A stretch of DNA of 64,000 nt from Thermodesulfobacteriota bacterium. Its GTDB lineage: Bacteria > Desulfobacterota_D > UBA1144 > Nemesobacterales > UBA2774. Below are positions 60,412-64,000 of this stretch, in pieces (the stretch's first letter is position 1; each line of letters starts with the position of its first letter). Below the pieces are notes generated by a model that was not told the origin of the DNA, ran no database searches, and was given only the letters and a program-made list of their open reading frames with translations. The stretch lies in contig OZ244991.1 in NCBI GenBank assembly GCA_965223335.1, positions 384,001 to 448,000 on the forward strand, written 5' to 3'. The position numbers and the translations under genes are program-made.

Positions 60412-61178
60412 CCTTTCCTCTTACCAGCAAGATCCGAAATAGCAATAACGTTTTTACCCACGTCCTGCTTTTTCTTCGGCTCTTCCGTCACATCGTCATC
60501 CTTGTGATCCTCTATAATATCACCCAATATCTTGTGCATGATCTTAAGAGCACCTATCGAATGCTCTTTCAAATACCCTTTCTCTACCCTCTCAAACACC
60601 TCTTCGCGCTTCCTTCTCATTAAGAGGTAGAAAATAAACGCCTGGTTGTTCAAAACCACAAGCATTGCTGCATACAACAGATAGTTATCTGCAAATACCT
60701 TTTTTAGTATAGCCTTGGTATTGGAATTGATTTTTACAAGCCCAAAGGGCTCCTGTGCCAACGATGTTGTAAACGGAACCGATACCGATATAACACCGTT
60801 TGCGTTTTTAACCGTGTAGCCTTCCTCGGGATAAAACTCTTTCATAAACAACCCCGATGCCGAACCCCTCTCTATATCCTGCTTAAACACAACACTAAAA
60901 AACTTTGGAGCTATCTCGAATGTATTAAAGAGCTTCTTTCTACCCAACCGTTTATCCAAAAACATATAGAACTCATCACTCGTAGGGGCCTTGCCCTGCT
61001 CCATAAAGAAGTCACTGGCCTGGTCCCCGATGGTCTCGGCTATTGCACGCGTTTTGGTTACAAAATCCGTTTTTGCCCTATCGAACTGGAACAAAAACAC
61101 GAGCCCTATTAGAGCCAGAATAAAGAGCTCTATACCAATGGCCTTTAAAATTGTGGATATATCCGTTTTTATGCGCAT
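60408..61178 (-). CDS. Hypothetical two-TM membrane protein
   Basis: TM helix, ~130-aa loop, TM helix, charged tail; overlaps both neighbours. Confidence 0.7.
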   Translation of the reverse strand: MRIKTDISTILKAIGIELFILALIGLVFLFQFDRAKTDFVTKTRAIAETIGDQASDFFMEQGKAPTSDEFYMFLDKRLGRKKLFNTFEIAPKFFSVVFKQDIERGSASGLFMKEFYPEEGYTVKNANGVISVSVPFTTSLAQEPFGLVKINSNTKAILKKVFADNYLLYAAMLVVLNNQAFIFYLLMRRKREEVFERVEKGYLKEHSIGALKIMHKILGDIIEDHKDDDVTEEPKKKQDVGKNVIAISDLAGKRKG

Positions 61179-61582
61179 TTCATGAACTGCTCGAGTATTT
61201 CCTGCACTCCTTTATCTTTTGTATGTCTTAACAACATAAATATCATGCCCCCGAAATCGCGGCGCATCTCTTCGTTTAGGCTTCTATACAGGTTTATTAG
61301 TGATTTCTCAGCCTCTGTTAATACTTCCATGCTTTCTTCATGGATCTCTTCTTTTTCCATGAATTTTCTAAGGCGTTCTTTACGGGCTACGTTCCATAAC
61401 TCCTCTGAATTTATCTCTAGGATCACAGCAATTTGCTGGCACCTATCCATTGTGGGAGCATCTACCTTTCCGGTTTCAAGCTGGTGGATAAACACGCTCG
61501 ATACTTCAAGGGAACGCGCAAGATCCTCTTGAGTAATATTTTTTTCCTTCCTCCTACTCTTGAGATAGTCTCCGAATTTCAT
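61169..61582 (-). CDS. XRE-family helix-turn-helix regulator
   Basis: FGDYLKSRR...TQEDLA...IHQLETG; AGGAGG RBS. Confidence 0.88.
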   Translation of the reverse strand: MKFGDYLKSRRKEKNITQEDLARSLEVSSVFIHQLETGKVDAPTMDRCQQIAVILEINSEELWNVARKERLRKFMEKEEIHEESMEVLTEAEKSLINLYRSLNEEMRRDFGGMIFMLLRHTKDKGVQEILEQFMKCA

Positions 61583-61759
61583 GTATATAGCCTCCTGAAC
61601 TATACAATTCAGCTGTTGTTTTGGTATATTCCACCCACTCTAAGATATTACATTAATTATACATGTAAATGCAAGGATTGATACTGGATAAATATGCGTG
61701 AATCACTATTTAGATGAATATTGCCAATTCCGCTAATTTGCTTAACAAAAAAGAAATTA

Positions 61760-61832
61760 TGCCCGGAGACGGAATTGAACCGCCGACACGAGGATTTTCA
61801 ATCCTCTGCTCTACCGACTGAGCTATCCGGGC
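61760..61832 (-). tRNA. tRNA-Phe (GAA)
   Basis: Reverse complement GCCCGGATAGCTCAGTCGGTAGAGCAGAGGATTGAAAATCCTCGTGTCGGCGGTTCAATTCCGTCTCCGGGCA; CCA not encoded. Confidence 0.96.
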
Positions 61833-61944
61833 ACATGCTCGTACAAATCTATAGAATGTTTTTTATCAGATAAAAACAAGAGCCTTATACTACCTAATCA
61901 CAAACTCACGTGCAAGCATTGCCGTAGTTCAACAACACGGCCTC

Positions 61945-61992
61945 AAAATGACAAAGGGAGAACAGCCATCTGATCTAGAGAACTGTTCTCCC
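61945..61992 (-). terminator. Putative terminator after the porin gene
   Basis: 10-bp inverted repeat GGGAGAACAG/CTGTTCTCCC followed by T-rich sequence on the minus strand. Confidence 0.45.
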
Positions 61993-62061
61993 ACTTGCCC
62001 ACACAAAGGAGATATAGAGAATCTGTTTATATTTATTTTCTAACTATTCATTATCTAACTT

Positions 62062-63444
62062 CTATAAATCAATCCAATACAACAACTGTCCGGTTAACCC
62101 ATACTGGTTCTTTGAAAACGTTCCGTCTTCGGTCTCGAAATACTCTTCATCCGAGCGGTCCCACCTAAACTCGGCACGGGCCTCGAAGTTGTCAAGGAAC
62201 TTGTTGGCTGCAATAAGCCCTTTAAACGGCTTAAAAGCTATAGTAGGAGTGACCTCAAAGAGCTTCTGGCCACCTGCAAAATCGGTCCTGAAACCCTCCT
62301 TGTCGTCGAAGTACTCAGCCCTAACCGCCAGTGTTACCGCGGGGTGCACATCCATCACAACGTATCCTGCTATACCCCACCACGACACATTTTCAGCCTC
62401 AGCACCCGGCACAAGTATCACGTCCTGCTGCCACCCAAAGTCCGCGTCCACTACAAATGTGAGCCATTCGTTCAGTGTCAGGCTGCCCACCACTGTCACA
62501 AGCTCACGCCATCCGTTACTCGATGCCGATGCTACATCGTCACTAACCTCTACGAGTTCTCTACCGAAATAACCGGTTACACCGATCCATAGGTCCGAAA
62601 TAGCACCCCCGGAGTGGCTAAACGCGATCTGACCCTCTATGGTCTTATCGTCGTTTAGGTCCTTAACCTGGTCCCAACCGTTGTTTAGACCTGCGGTCAA
62701 TGTCACTGGGCCCGCCGTGTAATCAGCCCTTATACCGGTGTGAGTAAACGGTATGGCAAAACCGAATAGTATTGACCTTGTAATGTTTGGGTTATTCTTG
62801 GCCTCAATAACCTCGTACCCAGCAAGTGTCACGAATTTACCCGCATAGATGTTTATGCCGTTTCCTACCGGTGCCAGCACCTGTAGATAGGCTTGATATG
62901 GATCTACCACGTCGCTGCTAAGTCCATTGGACGCAAGTAACGGTGCCTGCTCACCAAATAGTATGTCGGCTTTAAACCCTAGCAGATCCATCACACCCCC
63001 ACCCATTGTCGGGGTTTTACCCACAGAGATCGTGAATGCGTTGATCGAGAATTCATTGTTATCAGGGTAGAGCGACCTCAACTGAATGCTGTTCGAGGTA
63101 TCTCTATCGAACACATACTGATAGGTTGTGTCAACAGAAAAACCCAAGTCTATGGAATCAAAAAAGGTCAGTACACCGTCATATTTTTGATCCTTCTCCT
63201 CCTGTTTGGTAATAAACTCTTCCATCTTCACATCTTGAGTAGCCTTCTCGGCCTCGAGCTGATCAATCTTTCTAAGCAGCTCCTCATTCTGTTTGCGGTT
63301 CTCCTCTACCGCACGTCTCAGCTCTTCTATCTGTTGGGCCTGTGACTCGCTATCCGCCATTGAATCAACAGCATGAAGCGGCACGAGCATAACACCCATG
63401 ACCAAAACAAATAATAACCTCATCAACATAAGAACCTCCTTCAA
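62062..63444 (-). CDS. Outer-membrane beta-barrel porin (BBP2/DUF1597-like) with N-terminal coiled coil
   Basis: Signal peptide, coiled coil, GKFVTLAGYEVIE, PFTHTG, NGWD, RAEYFDD. Confidence 0.8.
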   Translation of the reverse strand: MKEVLMLMRLLFVLVMGVMLVPLHAVDSMADSESQAQQIEELRRAVEENRKQNEELLRKIDQLEAEKATQDVKMEEFITKQEEKDQKYDGVLTFFDSIDLGFSVDTTYQYVFDRDTSNSIQLRSLYPDNNEFSINAFTISVGKTPTMGGGVMDLLGFKADILFGEQAPLLASNGLSSDVVDPYQAYLQVLAPVGNGINIYAGKFVTLAGYEVIEAKNNPNITRSILFGFAIPFTHTGIRADYTAGPVTLTAGLNNGWDQVKDLNDDKTIEGQIAFSHSGGAISDLWIGVTGYFGRELVEVSDDVASASSNGWRELVTVVGSLTLNEWLTFVVDADFGWQQDVILVPGAEAENVSWWGIAGYVVMDVHPAVTLAVRAEYFDDKEGFRTDFAGGQKLFEVTPTIAFKPFKGLIAANKFLDNFEARAEFRWDRSDEEYFETEDGTFSKNQYGLTGQLLYWIDL

Positions 63445-63471
63445 GAAATTAATTACGCATACGACTCATCT

Positions 63472-63513
63472 AAAAAATTGTCCGAGGTACCCGGAGTTAC
63501 CCTGGCACCTCGG
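63472..63513 (-). terminator. Intrinsic terminator-like hairpin between amtB and the porin gene
   Basis: CCGAGGT...ACCTCGG stem followed by a T6 run on the minus strand. Confidence 0.5.
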
Positions 63514-63530
63514 GTATAATTTTATTTTTG

Positions 63531-64000
63531 TTAAGCTTTTTGATCGCTCTTGATTAATACACTGGAAGCGGCTTCCGGTTCCTTGAGCGTAGACCTGGAC
63601 ATTAATGTCGAACCCCCCGACTCCGCAATCTGCTGGAAGTCCGGGTATGACATCATGCCGTGCTCGCCTAGATCAAGCCCCTCAATCTCCTCTTCCTCAG
63701 AGACCCGAAGCCCCATTGTCACTTTAATCACGAAGAAGAGAATGAACGCGCATATTACAGTGAACACTCCGTATGCCGCCACCCCTATGAGCTGTGTTAC
63801 GAAACTATGCTCTGGGTTCGTGCTGAAAATTCCTACCGCCAACGTACCCCAGATCCCGCACACCAAGTGCACGGATATGGCACCCACGGGGTCGTCAATC
63901 TTAAATATCCTGTCAAAAAGTATTACGGAACCCACTACTATGCCCCCAGCTATGAAACCAATAATCACCGAAGACATAGGTGTCATCACATCGGCTCCTG
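63531..64000 (-). CDS. amtB: Ammonium transporter, C-terminal part (5' end outside the window)
   Basis: IDDPVGAISVHLVCGIWG, LRVSEEEEIEGLD..EHG. Confidence 0.93.
   Translation of the reverse strand, partial: GADVMTPMSSVIIGFIAGGIVVGSVILFDRIFKIDDPVGAISVHLVCGIWGTLAVGIFSTNPEHSFVTQLIGVAAYGVFTVICAFILFFVIKVTMGLRVSEEEEIEGLDLGEHGMMSYPDFQQIAESGGSTLMSRSTLKEPEAASSVLIKSDQKA

Noticed and set aside
60040..61832. Prophage remnant (XRE repressor beside tRNA-Phe)
   Set aside because: No integrase, att repeat or phage genes; the XRE is coupled to envelope genes
1..64000. Many 60-170 aa ORFs antisense to or nested in long genes
   Set aside because: They are shadows of well-supported genes and lack recognisable motifs
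1..64000. CRISPR array, IS/transposase, integrase or prophage
   Set aside because: No regularly spaced repeats or mobile-element proteins were seen

Overview
A gene-dense bacterial chromosomal segment of moderate GC. Its gene content looks deltaproteobacterial or Dadabacteria-like, which is an inference. Housekeeping genes include ribBA-ribH-nusB-trpD-trpC, guaB-guaA, coaX, rnr, pilMNOPQ, a partial amtB, tRNA-Ser(CGA) and tRNA-Phe(GAA). Respiratory and envelope genes include a cytochrome b/c fusion, NDH-2, DegP, an RND pump with a ZIP transporter, and ApbE. No CRISPR array, prophage, integrase or IS element was seen. The best leads are: (1) an ECF sigma/anti-sigma-headed cluster encoding a GH15-like enzyme, DUF547, a flavoprotein-membrane polyferredoxin fusion and a GT2; (2) two sigma54 promoters with similar TGACA-N5-TGTCA-like upstream sites, one ahead of an orphan NarX/PilJ-like hybrid kinase and one ahead of an RpoS/RpoD-like sigma gene broken by a 1-nt frameshift; (3) an XRE + output-less membrane protein + lipoprotein triad upstream of pilM, and two unknown lipoproteins downstream of pilQ; (4) a stand-alone degenerate LigD phosphoesterase domain near a JAB-DinG fusion. 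All family calls come from reading motifs by eye, not from database searches.
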